Shown here one piece after another: positions 37,882 to 49,994 of a stretch of DNA of 64,000 nucleotides (its first letter is position 1; every line of letters begins with the position of its first letter). The notes beneath the pieces were generated by a model. That model worked only from the letters and a program-made list of their open reading frames with translations, was not told the DNA's origin and ran no database searches. The DNA comes from Dimorphilus gyrociliatus (Eukaryota; Animalia; Annelida): NCBI GenBank assembly GCA_904063045.1, contig CAJFCJ010000020.1, positions 186,001-250,000 on the forward strand. The letters are read 5' to 3'. A program made the translations under genes and the position numbers.

Positions 37882-39310
37882 CTAAAAATAATGGTGGTAT
37901 AACTTTTCAACGATCTTTCCATAAGCTTCCGTTAATTTTTCAATGTTACCTCTGTAACTGATTTTTGATTCGACAAGTTCGAACTTAGAATTCCGAAAAC
38001 CACCGGAATTGGAGAATATTGCTTCGATTACAAGTCCTGCCGATTTTTCCGGATTCTTAAAAAAGAGTACGGAAATCGTTCGCAAAATGCATCCGGCGAA
38101 ACCTTCGAAGCTGCGAACTAGTCGGGTGTTCGTTGGTCCTGTAGAAGTATATTAAATTATTATAAAATTTTAAATATATTTTGTACTTTATCGTTCTTTT
38201 GTAAATGTCAATAGTAAAAAAGAGATATTAACATATTTTGAAAAAAATAATCCTAAAAAAGCCAATGAATTTACTACATTGTGTTCAAAAGAAAATTCCA
38301 ACCTGGATTTACGTGTGTAACATTTATTTGCTTGTTTATTTCTTTGCTGTAAAACTTGCTGCAGCAAAGATACGTGGCCAGTTTGCTGCAGCTGTAAACT
38401 TCATATCTTCCGGGCCATTTCCCACCTTTTTTCTTGAAGAATAAATTATCAAATTCGGGATTAGCCGTTTGCACGCCGTCGGAGGATACGTTAATTACAT
38501 TCAGCAATTTGTTCCGTTGACTGAGTAACTTGCAGAGTAAGACGGCGGAAAGAAAATTAACTTGCATCGTTCGTTCAAACCCATCCTTCGTAATTATCAA
38601 TTTATTTTCCATAGTCGCTAAATATCACGTAAAAAATGCACTCTAAAATTCTTATTATAAATGACACAGGTCGTTTTGTACCTGCATTGTTGATTAATAC
38701 ATCGATAAAGACGTACTCGTCCAGCACCCTCTTTGCTAAAGCATTTACCTCATGAAAACTAGCCAAATTCGCTTGATAACTATCAATTCTTTGGCAATGA
38801 GTATCCAGAAATAGCCTAGCGGCTGTACTGGCTGACTTTTCGATCGTCGAACAAACGACTATCACATGGGCGTTTCTCTTCAAACATTCTTTAGCTACTT
38901 CGTAGCCTATTCCTCCATTGGCGCCTATTCATCAGGCGAAAATATAAAAGATGTACCAATTTATCTCAGACATAAAAAAAATACCTAAGCTAATAGATTT
39001 AGGGGAATCGTGGAGATTTATAGAGATATAGACAATATCTTTGGAATACAAAGTTAATATAATAAATATACTAAGTACAAGTTACGTTGAGAATGCTCTA
39101 TAAACTATAAATATAAACTAAATATATACCAGTTATCAAAATTCTTTTTCCATCTAAAATTTTCCCATGGGTCTCGAGCAGGCTTTGCGAACGTTTACCT
39201 TTTACAAACAATAAAACGACAGCTGTTACAGTTCCAACGATGAAATAAAGTGGATAATTGTTTGAAACGCCGTCCTCGTATATTCTATAGAATTCGATTA
39301 TTCGATTCAT
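37882..39310 (-). CDS. Classical short-chain dehydrogenase/reductase, RDH11-14-like (~331 aa); exons 39310-39130, 38924-38682, 38617-38303, 38138-37882
   Basis: N-terminal membrane anchor; ITGANGGIG nucleotide-binding motif; IDVLINNA; DGFERTMQVNFL; NVSS; catalytic YSCSK; HVNPGPTNT. Exons total 996 nt, in frame. Confidence 0.92.
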
Positions 39311-39447
39311 ACCTAACCACAGTCTGGTACGAACTGGTTGGTCTGTTTAATGCTTAATTCGACTAATTACTGCAAGTGTTTAGGAAACACGATACGAATT
39401 GCGTGCAGAGATTTATTCTAATAAACATCATACCGCATATAGACGTT

Positions 39448-40902
39448 TTATAAACACCCTCTCCCAGTGATTCTCTTATAGTAAACAGCGAAATTATTAA
39501 CAATAACTGGTAATGGAATGGCGAGGGTAAACACTCCTACAACAACGCAAGCGGCTCCAACCAATTTACCCCAGTAACTAGAAGGGACGACGTCTCCGTA
39601 TCCGACCGTCGTCATAGTTACGACGGCCCACCACCTAGAAAACATGCTTTTTCAGTTTCTCTCCCTATTAAATGTCTTGTTTCGCAAATATACTTACATT
39701 CCTTCCGGTATGGATTGAATCTGAGAATCTGCTGTTGAAGATTCTGCATAGTAGATAGCCCCTGCAAAAATTGTCGCACCAACGCAGACGAAGAATATAA
39801 ACAGCCCTATTTCCCTCAGGCTGGCCTTTAGGGTCATACCTAAAACGAGGAGGCCTTCAAAGTGCTTCGATAGCTTGAAAACCCGGAATATCCTTAATAC
39901 TCGGAGAAAAATTAGTGGTGAACCCTTTTTACCTTCGGGACATTCGTTACTTATTAGAGAGACGATTAATCCTATATAATAGGGTATAATTATGACAAGA
40001 TCAAGGATATTCAATAGATTTTTTGCAAAATCCAATTTATCCGGGCAACTACCAACTCTGAAAATGAACTCTATGCTAAACCAAAAAATACAAATCGTCT
40101 CTATGATAAAGAACGGATTCTCAAAATTCTGAACCAATTTGTTATCAGTGTTGTTTCTGCATTGTAGTGCGGAGTAAGACGGAATAGTCTCCAAACAAAA
40201 AGATATAATCGACGTGACGATAAAGAGAACAGACAAGATTCCAATGACTTTAGCGTAGGTTGATGAATCAGGATATTCGAATAATCTCCAAATAAATCTT
40301 TGCATGGGCCTACGAGGCATTGGAGCTGGTTTAGTATCAATTGGTCCCAAATTTTCTTTTTCCTTGTACCTTGTAATTACGTTCTCATTAAATTCCATCA
40401 TCTGCAATCCTTCAAGAAACGTTTCGGCATGTACATGATAAGGCCTCTTTAAATGACCAGTTTGGTAGAATTGAAAGATACCGTCAAAGCTCGGACGATG
40501 ATGATCGAGGAAATATTCTTTTCGCTTATTATCCCACAATTTATGACGCTTAATCGGATTTCCGAGTATGGTTTCGGGAAACCTTTGCAATGTATTTAGT
40601 CTAGTTTGATAAATCTTTCCCGACACATTTATCGTGACTACGTCCCAATGACTTTTCGGTTCGTCCGGGTAGAGAAAAGTAGCATTCTTTAATTTGTTAT
40701 AATCAGGTAGAGAATGTGTCGAAATCAATTCTCGATGCTCACTATTTAATGCTGATAATACTTCACAACTTCTGGTATTTCTTGCTGAAGGAACACAATT
40801 ATTTGCCACTCTTTTCGGTTCATCTTCAGGAGTCTTTTGAAAGTAAATAGAACTAGAGTCAATCGAATTTCTCACCGTGAATAAACCTCTGCCAGCTATC
40901 AT
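39448..40902 (-). CDS. KCNA: Shaker/Kv1-like voltage-gated K+ channel A, divergent (~463 aa); exons 40902-39698, 39634-39448
   Basis: T1 domain (INVSG...[10 protein letters not shown]...[14 protein letters not shown]); S1-S6; 63-nt intron (AT|gtaagt...ctag|G) giving [19 protein letters not shown]; S6 [12 protein letters not shown]. Confidence 0.95.
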
Positions 40903-43839
40903 TTTCTCAACAAGCAAAATATTCCCATAAATCTTTTCTGTAATCCATTATGAGCGTTGAAATCGCTTTACAGGTCTGAGTATTGTATTTAAATTCATAT
41001 CATAAAGTTTTGCCCATACACAACTAAATTAATCGATAATCTAAAGCCTTACTTATATTTACTCTTTTGCTTCGCTAAACTCTAAAAAGCATATTTACTC
41101 TCTATCCTAAAATTTCTCTTGTTTTCACTCAAATTAAATTTTAATCATTAATCCAAAAAAAAAATGTTTTCCAATTATAGCTGTACAACAGAACAGGTTG
41201 TGTGATATGAACATTATTGTATACATTCAAAAGTTTTAAATTACTACAACATGTGTGGATATTCTCTCTTTTTTGGTAAATTAAATATATTTTTTATTCG
41301 AATTTACGGGCTTACTACATAAGTAGGTTCATAGTAAATTGTATAATTGCATAAGAATTGACCGAAGAAAAATACATCCGCAAGGTGGCGTTGGTTTTAG
41401 AAAAATGCAAAAATAACCCAATATCGTATCGTCATTGACATTTAACGGAAAGTATCATTAAGAAACTCGTTGATGATTAGATGCACCTGAGCAAATTTAT
41501 AATTAAATGGTAAAACGTTATTTAAGTTGGGAACGAAGAAGACACGGAATAAGAAAGAAAGAGACTAAAGGGATAAAATAAAAAAGGCCTCTATAATAGA
41601 CATTTATACAGAGCGGCGGTGAAAACAATTGGCGCCCTTGCAGTCATCGCAATATAATGCTGAGTCTGCTATTTCGCCTTAGACGGCGGCCTTTACCAAT
41701 CAAATGATTAGAATGGTACAGCCTTTCTGCACCCCTTGAGACAACGTCAAATCACGCCATTTGCAAATTTTTTTTAAGGCGTTGATTTTTAGCAGACGAC
41801 CAGTCGATAAAGTCACATTTTGTCCTTGTGGAAAAAGCGATATGTAATAAAACAATGAAAATTACAATACCCTTTGGCTAAAGTACTCTATATATTAACT
41901 GAGTTCTAATAAACCTCACAATCAAACTAGGTATATAGAGCACACTGCACTCGCAGTAGAGTAATTAGTGTTAAACGCCTTATATGTGTGCATATATGAA
42001 AGATATAAGCATATATTCAGTGTATTGTACTTGCAGGGCAATATATTTGTATCTCTCAAAGCTCTAGTATATATATAAATGCATATTATGCAATATATTT
42101 AGTCAGGAGAATACAAATGTTGGAAAGGTCATGGCTCGTCGATGATGATGAGAATGCGATAAGCGAGAAAGAAGGTGATGGATAAGGCTTATCGCGTTAT
42201 ATTGATTGATTACTCACGGCGCACCCGTTCGATTTTCGTGCGTTTGTCAAAAGAGGTCTGAATTGTTTGCTGAATGTTCACGGCGTCATAATTGAATTTG
42301 CGTCCCGCCGTCAAACGTTCGAGTAAACAGAATTAAACGAGTTCAATAGTTAATAGAACTTTTCAAATAAGGCAGTGCCCTCTACAAATTTCATTGTACA
42401 GGGCTTTTCGAAAGAAGCAATAATTCGTATTAGCCACTATAACGACATTATATTACAATCTAGCGTTATATTATTGTTCTATAAAAAGAAAATAGTTTGT
42501 TTGGCGTTCTTTGTCGCCCTGCCAACTGCAATCTCTTGCCAGAAAAGCCAGGTGCCGCACTACAAAGCCTGTACACAGAATTTCTCATGTAGAAAAGGAG
42601 ACGAGAAAAATATTCCTCACTTTCCTATGTAGTATAAACAAAGAATACAACTAACAGAAAACATAGCGAAATCTCCATAAATAAAACTTTTAGAGTAAAT
42701 TAGATTGAAAATTTATGCAGATATAAATTATATGTGTTTTTCCTCTTTTTAATGTATTAAAGTAAATAAGAGCCTCCATGCATATCTTATCTATATATTA
42801 TAATTAAAGAATTATTAAAGTTATATATAAATATGTAAACGTATATGTACGCTATAAATATATAGTATATAATAATGCATGAGAGAGGAATACAAGTTTT
42901 ATTTCATATTGATATATTAATATTATCTTTCTTCGTAACGTATCAGTTATTGAGATTACATAAAGAAGTAGCGGTTCTAACGATAAATACAGAAGGGCTC
43001 AGGTGTAGTAGCGGGCACTCGAGACGTCCAACGCAATAAAGAGTCGCCCAGAAAGCCATATCTACTACAAAAGAATAGAGCTTTACAGTATACATTCAAA
43101 GTTGCGAAAAATTCGCAGCACGTTTAAAGTAATCAAATATACAAACGATGACTGATTATTTGCGCGACCTTTAGTCGTCGGCCTAACCGGTTCACGGCTA
43201 GTCAATCCACGGCATCCCTGAACGTGATAGGGAAATGATAGACGCGGCGTTCCCTTAGTTGCATAAAAAAGAGCTTTTTAAAAAATTTAAAAGAGTATTT
43301 AACGTTTTTAAATGAAAAAGTGACGACCAGTCAATAAATCAATGCGTCTGCAAGCTTATACCGCCCGACTTTGCTAAAGTGGGTGTGAAATTGCAACGCT
43401 TCGAAACGTAGCCGACAACCAACTGCAATTTTTGCGAGGCGTTTTTTTTTTAACTTTTAGGAAGAACGAAGAAAATTTATTTCTTTCGAAGACCAGCTGC
43501 GTCTATTTCCTTGCTTTTTCCTCCTACCATCCCTTTTTTCTCGCTTTTTCATATTTATGAATAAATATATGTTTATTTATACGCTTAGAGTTTCAATATA
43601 TGCTTGACTAAACGTAATATTCTAAAAAGGTTTTTTTGCTTTTTTTTCACTCACGCGGTTTTTCATTGACGGTTTGTATTTGAAAAAAAGGCAACTTTTT
43701 CCGTTTTTCTCATCTGATTCTCATCTTGTTTATCCATTTTAAAAATTAGATATTCCGTACACCATCCTTCATTCAGTTTACTTACTTATATCCGAATCGA
43801 TCACCCGCTCTATTCATATGTGTATAAATGTAGATATTA

Positions 43840-43840
<1 letters not shown>

Positions 43841-43870
<30 letters not shown>
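43841..43870. repeat. (TA)15 microsatellite; similar tracts near 6721-6790, 7940-7970, 9880-9960, 21033-21058, 47672-47700, 49962-49990, 51745-51769, 52065-52090, 58932-58967
   Basis: Read directly from the sequence. Confidence 0.95.
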
Positions 43871-43874
<4 letters not shown>

Positions 43875-44822
43875 TATGCATATAGTCTTATAGCATATAT
43901 TTGACGAATACAAATACATCTATCAATGTATATCGCCTACACGGTATGTATATTCTCTAATTCATAGAAGGAAATGAACAACACATCAATGTCTATATTA
44001 TCACATATGTGATGCAATATACTCTCCCATTGTAACTATATTATGCGTAGTTAAGGATAAAGGGTTGATATAGTGTTACAATAGATATATGTATAGGTTA
44101 TTTAACGGAAAGTAACACGATTTCATAAGTCTCACAAATAGGAGGCGTATGGTCATCAATATTTTGCTGCGTACGTGTTTAGAAAAAAATCTATGTAAAT
44201 CGAATAAATCGAGAACTTCTATCGTTATATGCTTAACATATAACAATAGATCAGGTGATGACGATAATTGCATGAAATTTTCAAAAGGTTCTATTCATGT
44301 GTAATATGTACATGATCGTTTATACATATGCGATTGTAGCGCCGTCAATGTTCTACATGAGCGAACTGTCTAATGAGCTCCAAGGAGCTAGAGAGGCGAG
44401 AGGCGTCGTTCTCCTTTTTAGTAATTAGACGGCTATCTCAAAACGGTCGCCTAACTAAATCCCATGAAAGAGTAATAGAATGAATTAGAAAGCAGGCGGA
44501 TTGCACGGGATGCCGAGAAAATTCGATTGGTGCGCACTTTATTAGTAAAAAAGCTCATATCGGTTTAGACGACCGCCGCGCGTTTTCTCGAGCGCCGTTT
44601 GTGCTCACAGCCAACTAAAAGAAAAAAGTGCCTGAGAGTGAGAGTTAGCGAGAACTAACGGGAATAAGACCGACAGAGAGAGAGAGACAGGGGAGAGAGA
44701 AAGAGAAAAGAAAAATTTCGCTCATTCGATCGCTCGGTGGCGCTAGAAGACGGCTGTTTACCGCAAAATTTTGCAGTCTGCTCAAAAGAAGCGCGCGTTT
44801 CGGCGTTTCGTAATGGATAGTA

Positions 44823-46232
44823 ATGTGGAGTAGCGGTGCGAGTATCTCGACCCAGTCGAAGTCGAAGAAGAGCGGAAAGAAAAGTACGGACGGCGAAGAT
44901 GAGAATCCTCTGGCGGTCGCCGAACAAGCTAAGCTGCTTACGTACAAAGGAGGAGATAACGCCCGCAGCAACCACGTCAAACAACGCCGACTTGCCAACG
45001 ACGTTTTGGAGGAGGGTATTAGCAGCGGTGGACTTGCCGAAGGTTTTGACGAGCCTTCGACATCAGTCAACCGAAGGCAGACTCAGCATGATTGTAAACG
45101 CTGCGGCTGTGAGAGAGTTAGAATCAACGTTAGTGGGCAATACTTTGAGACCAGAGTTGGTCTGCTCAACCGGCATCCGGATACCCTGCTGGGAAATCCA
45201 AAGAAAAGGGCTCAATTCTACGACAGAACTAGGGATGAATTTTTTATAGATCGCCACCGGCCGGCTTTTGAGGCGATATTCTCATATATACAATACGGCG
45301 GTAAGCTTCGGCGACCGCACAACGTCCCCGACGATGTCTTCCTGGAGGAAATACACTTTTATGAACTCGAAAAAGAAGTTGTCGAGGAATATAGACGTTC
45401 TGAAGGCTTCATACCAGAGGAGGTTCTATTACCTACGAATCCCTGCTTTAAAAAGGTCTGGATGCTTTTCGAATATCCTGAAACGTCCGCATTCGCCTTT
45501 TTCATTGCCCTATTATCTGTTATTACTACTGTCACGTCTATCGTCCTGTTCTGCGTTGAAACGCTCCCCATTTTCTCCATGACGCATTGCGAGGGCAACG
45601 AGGCTCCGAACTTTCTCGATCCGTTTTTCGTTATCGAAACGATCTGCACTGCCTGGTTTACGATCGAATTGTTCGTCCGTTTTATCGTCTGCCCGTCGAA
45701 ATTAGCCTTCTGGAAGGATTTTAAGAATTTAGTCGATGCAACCGCCATCATTCCATACTACGTGACCTTCTTCAACGTTATATCAACAATGAGTTGCGCA
45801 TCAGCCAAATCTAGCGCCTCTCTCGCCTTCCTCCGGGTAATTCGTTTAGTTCGCGTATTCAAATTGACTAAGCATTCGACCGGATTACAAGTACTCGTTC
45901 TCACATTCAAAGCGAGTATTGAAGGCTTAGGACTCTTCCTCGTCGCGCTCATCGTTTGCCTGCTCGTCTTCTCCTCAGCAATCTACTATGCAGAATTAGG
46001 AGTCACTGGATCCAAGATCTCCTCCATACCCGACGCTTTCTGGTGGGCCATTATTACAATGACAACAGTCGGATACGGCGACGAAGTGCCTGCCGGACCG
46101 TGGGGAAAATTAATAGGATCGGTTTGCGCTATTGTTGGAGTACTGACACTCGCCATACCGGTTCCAATTATAACAGGGAATTTCAACCGATTCTACTCGC
46201 ATAAGACGGGTCGTGGCAAACATACCGGTTGA
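44823..46232 (+). CDS. KCNA: Shaker/Kv1-like voltage-gated K+ channel B, 469 aa, intronless
   Basis: T1 domain (RVRINVSGQYFET...HPDTLLGNP...EFFIDRHRPAFEAI...YGGKLRRPHNVPDDVFLEEIHFYEL); WMLFEYPETS; S4 LRVIRLVRVFKLTKH; [19 protein letters not shown]; LAIPVPII. Confidence 0.97.
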   Translation: MWSSGASISTQSKSKKSGKKSTDGEDENPLAVAEQAKLLTYKGGDNARSNHVKQRRLANDVLEEGISSGGLAEGFDEPSTSVNRRQTQHDCKRCGCERVRINVSGQYFETRVGLLNRHPDTLLGNPKKRAQFYDRTRDEFFIDRHRPAFEAIFSYIQYGGKLRRPHNVPDDVFLEEIHFYELEKEVVEEYRRSEGFIPEEVLLPTNPCFKKVWMLFEYPETSAFAFFIALLSVITTVTSIVLFCVETLPIFSMTHCEGNEAPNFLDPFFVIETICTAWFTIELFVRFIVCPSKLAFWKDFKNLVDATAIIPYYVTFFNVISTMSCASAKSSASLAFLRVIRLVRVFKLTKHSTGLQVLVLTFKASIEGLGLFLVALIVCLLVFSSAIYYAELGVTGSKISSIPDAFWWAIITMTTVGYGDEVPAGPWGKLIGSVCAIVGVLTLAIPVPIITGNFNRFYSHKTGRGKHTG

Positions 46233-47666
46233 AAATTTTTGAGGAAAATCAACACGAATCGAATCCTACGAGTGACAAATCGAAACATAGTGAACGAAAA
46301 AAATAAGCAAACGCATCTGCAGAATCTATACTCCATGTATTTAAACTAAAATAATTTAAAGAAACAAAAAGACAGTTTTTTTTTGTTAAAAAACTATATG
46401 AATTCTTCTAGACTATACCGGTTCGCTCAGGTAAGCATTTAATTAACATTCCTGTTAAAAGAGAAAAATGTTGGAGCGCCTGTCGTTCGAAAAATGCTCA
46501 AAGCGATTACAACAACTGCACATCCTTATTATCCATACTCCCCTCCAGGCCAAACTGTCTCTCATGTAAATAGCTATAGAATATAGTGTCTTCCCTTGTT
46601 GTTTATTATACAAAGAGAAATTTAAAAAAAGAACACGAAATAGCGCTAACAAAAATTGGAGGCTGTGAAAGAATCACGACGAAATGGTCTGTATAAAATA
46701 TTCAGGACGCGCGATCGTTTGACAGAAGAGAAACAGCGTCGCTCAAGCGTTTCTCGTTTTGACGGAGGGTCGTGTTAAAGCGTTATATAGTAGATATACG
46801 TGCAGATGCTCCGTTTTAATCTAATCGAGCGGTCATGACCGTTTATAGGTCATTTCATACGGTTGATTGAACGGTGCACTATCTTATATACAAGTATATT
46901 GTACATTGTAAATGTAGTGCATATGCGGTAACAATATTTATACATATAAACTCGGTTGGGTGTACAAAAAACTACAATAGCCGACGGCAAAATATTCTCC
47001 CCCTCCGCAAAACTCTTCCCCTCGAGAATGACTTCTCGAGACGTCTATAGATGCTTATTTCACGGCCGTCGCCATTCGGTTGTTTACATTTTGCTTGCCC
47101 CTTCTCGTGCGGGGACTCGTTAAGGCTTTTACAGATGCGACCTCTTGCCGTCCCTGAGGAGCCGTCATCGCTCTTCTAATTGACTCGGTAAAACACGCCT
47201 GTAGCGCTCATAAGCCGACTAATGACGATAGCGGTCAATGTATAACGAAAAAAAGGCAGTCAGTGTTTACGTAGACTGTTTACAGAACTGTACAAAACCC
47301 TTGTATATATTCGTCGCAATTGCTGCCTCAATTCAATCGCCGACACGGACTGTGTCAACAAGGCTAGAAAAATGTCGTTTTCTCCTAGTAGAATTCGTGA
47401 CGAAAGAGGATCTGAAGAGATTCGTTCTTTTTACACTCTAATCATTCTTTTCACTTTATCCGCCTCCAAAAATTATATACGCCTCTCATTATCTTATAAA
47501 AATATAGTCCTATTGTCTTTTTGTTATATTCGATAGTTAACAAAGGAAAATAATTTTTTTTATTTATATATAAATGTATATACTGTATAGATTATATTGT
47601 AATTTTATGTAATATATACAGTATATATATCTATATAATAGCACGTGTATTACTTCTCCCCCTCCC

Positions 47667-47706
<40 letters not shown>

Positions 47707-49820
47707 CACATATATACAGTATATATATATATAAGAATATATAAATACACATTTATATAATATATTTACGTATACATCAAAATATACAGACAATTTCACG
47801 ATATATTTATATATATATATATATATATATATTGCCTGTTTATAAATAAATATATATATATCTATACTGTTCGTACCATTTAGTGCAGAGGAAAATATTT
47901 CTTACTTAACTGCTACCCTGTAAACCTTTCCCACCTCTCGAAATTCCCCACCCTCCACCCATTCTTTCTTTTTTTTTTTCATCCATCTTTTCTCTGGCTG
48001 CTTCTTGTTTATTTTCGTTCGCTTTCTCTTTCCTGGAGTGGTTTATTGGTAGAAGATATGTTTTCTATAAACTAGTTACTCTGTTAGAATTATCGAGTGA
48101 AAAATGATATTATAGATTTCTGATTGCCAGCGTTTCTAAGCAAATCAATATAGATCACTATGAATATATAAAAGAATATGGATAGCAAAGGATAGTTTTA
48201 TGGATGTATTCGGCAAATAGGCAAGAAAAGAAGTTTCTTTCTTCTCTTACCATGCTATATAGTAGGCAAAAATATTAACGAAAGCGTCGATCTTGTTCGC
48301 ACTCAACGATGCTCCTGGGAATTCGTTGCAAAACTTCTATCAAGACGGGCGTCACGTTCTATAAACAAGTTACTGGCGAGACCCTATTTCAAAGACACTC
48401 GGATTTATATAGTATATTCGCCTTTATGCCTCCATACATGTTCTCATTTATTCCGTAGACGCTCTCCTTTCCAGGACGTTTTGAAATCCGATTAGTAGTT
48501 AATGTAATTATTACTCTCGTCCTCTGATCCTTTGGGAGCTCTCTGGCGATTTACAGTTACCTTACCGATTCTTAGTTGTTTTTTTTTATAAATTCGTTTA
48601 ACGACATACTATTTTTATTCGTTATGCTATTTTTAGAAGACCGGCGTCTCGCTGATCTATATTTAGCCTTATAGTCGTGGACTGGGTGATTACGGTAATT
48701 TTCAGTTGGTAAACGGAGAGCAAATAATGTTTTTTCCATTAGCCGACCTTTACTCGTTTCGCTTAGTCAGATAGTAGCTTTTAAAAAAATGAATTAATTA
48801 ACAGTTAATTGAATAGATTATTTTACTAGGATATGGGTAGTTAGGGCGGAATAGGAAGAGTTACAGAGGAAGGACGATCGCCCGATTATTTGCCGGTTCC
48901 CTCTCATCTTTACATAAATCCTACTTTCTTAAAGCCGAATAAGCCAAGTGAAGCCCGACGATCAATAGGAAAATAGGGCATAAACAACGAACTGTATGTG
49001 CTCAATTTTCTGTGATTTTCCTCAAAACAATATCGCCTCTTCTGTTGACAAGCCTTTTTTCATACAAACCATCGATTTTTTATCCTCTAGCGTTTGAATC
49101 GATTCATATTCTTGCGCTGGCGTATTCCGATAATATCTGCAATATAAAGTATGTAACTATTTACAGTATATAACTTTATACTTTTACATCTTTATATATT
49201 TGGGATATATATATATATGTTTAGTTTTCTCCTACAATAACAAAGTACTCTTTATTCAATACAACCTTTCTTTTTATAGAAATAAATATATAAAGATATA
49301 TAATGAATCCCTTTATACTTGTAGATATAAACGTAATAGACACGAAAAGTTTTGGCTGGATCATATATTATATGAAAACATAAAGAATATGTAGGGTTTT
49401 GCAAGTGTGCGTGTGTTTCTGAGTGTGTGAGTGTGTATATATATGTGTAAAGAGTTTAGTCTATTTTAAACATATGCATCTCGTTGTAAATGCTTTGGGG
49501 TATTATTCCTTCAATGGAAACAGATTTAATCCCATTCCTATTAGTGTTACGTTGAGTAATGATTGATGACTAATCGATTGGTCGATGCCAGTGCTTTATA
49601 GAAAAGGCCTGACTCGATTAAGAAAATGAAATATCAGAATTCCGATCCGCCCGCCTCTCCCCCTTTCTCTTTCTCTCTCGCTCTCTCTCTCTCTCACTCG
49701 CTCTCATTTCACCCTCTTCTCCTATTCTCTCGCACTCCCTTAATTTCTATCTCTATTTCTCTTTTATTCTTTCGTTCTATCTGAATTCCCCTTTTCCGCT
49801 CTCTCTTTTCTCTTCTCTTT

Positions 49821-49880
49821 TTCTGCCTTTCTGCCTTTCTGCCTTTCTGCCTTTCTGCATCTATGCCTTTCTGCCTTTCT
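49821..49880 (+). repeat. Tandem 8-mer (TTCTGCCT)n, ~7 partly degenerate copies, at the end of a CT-rich tract (49660-49880)
   Basis: ttctgcct-ttctgcct-ttctgcct-ttctgcct-ttctgcat-ctatgcct-ttctgcct read directly. Confidence 0.85.
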
Positions 49881-49958
49881 CATCCTTTTTAACTATTTCT
49901 CCATTTATCAAACTGTTTCTTTATTTTATTCCCTCATTTCAAGTTGTATCTTCCTTTC

Positions 49959-49994
<36 letters not shown>

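Noticed and set aside
44645-46204. Antisense and alternative-frame ORFs over Kv channel B
   Set aside because: These are expected in a GC-richer CDS with few off-frame stops; none has a recognisable product.
47564-47752. Ile/Tyr-rich ORFs (also 9824-10015, 24932-25129, 58778-59113, 20220-20568)
   Set aside because: These are translations of (TA)n or purine/pyrimidine low-complexity DNA.
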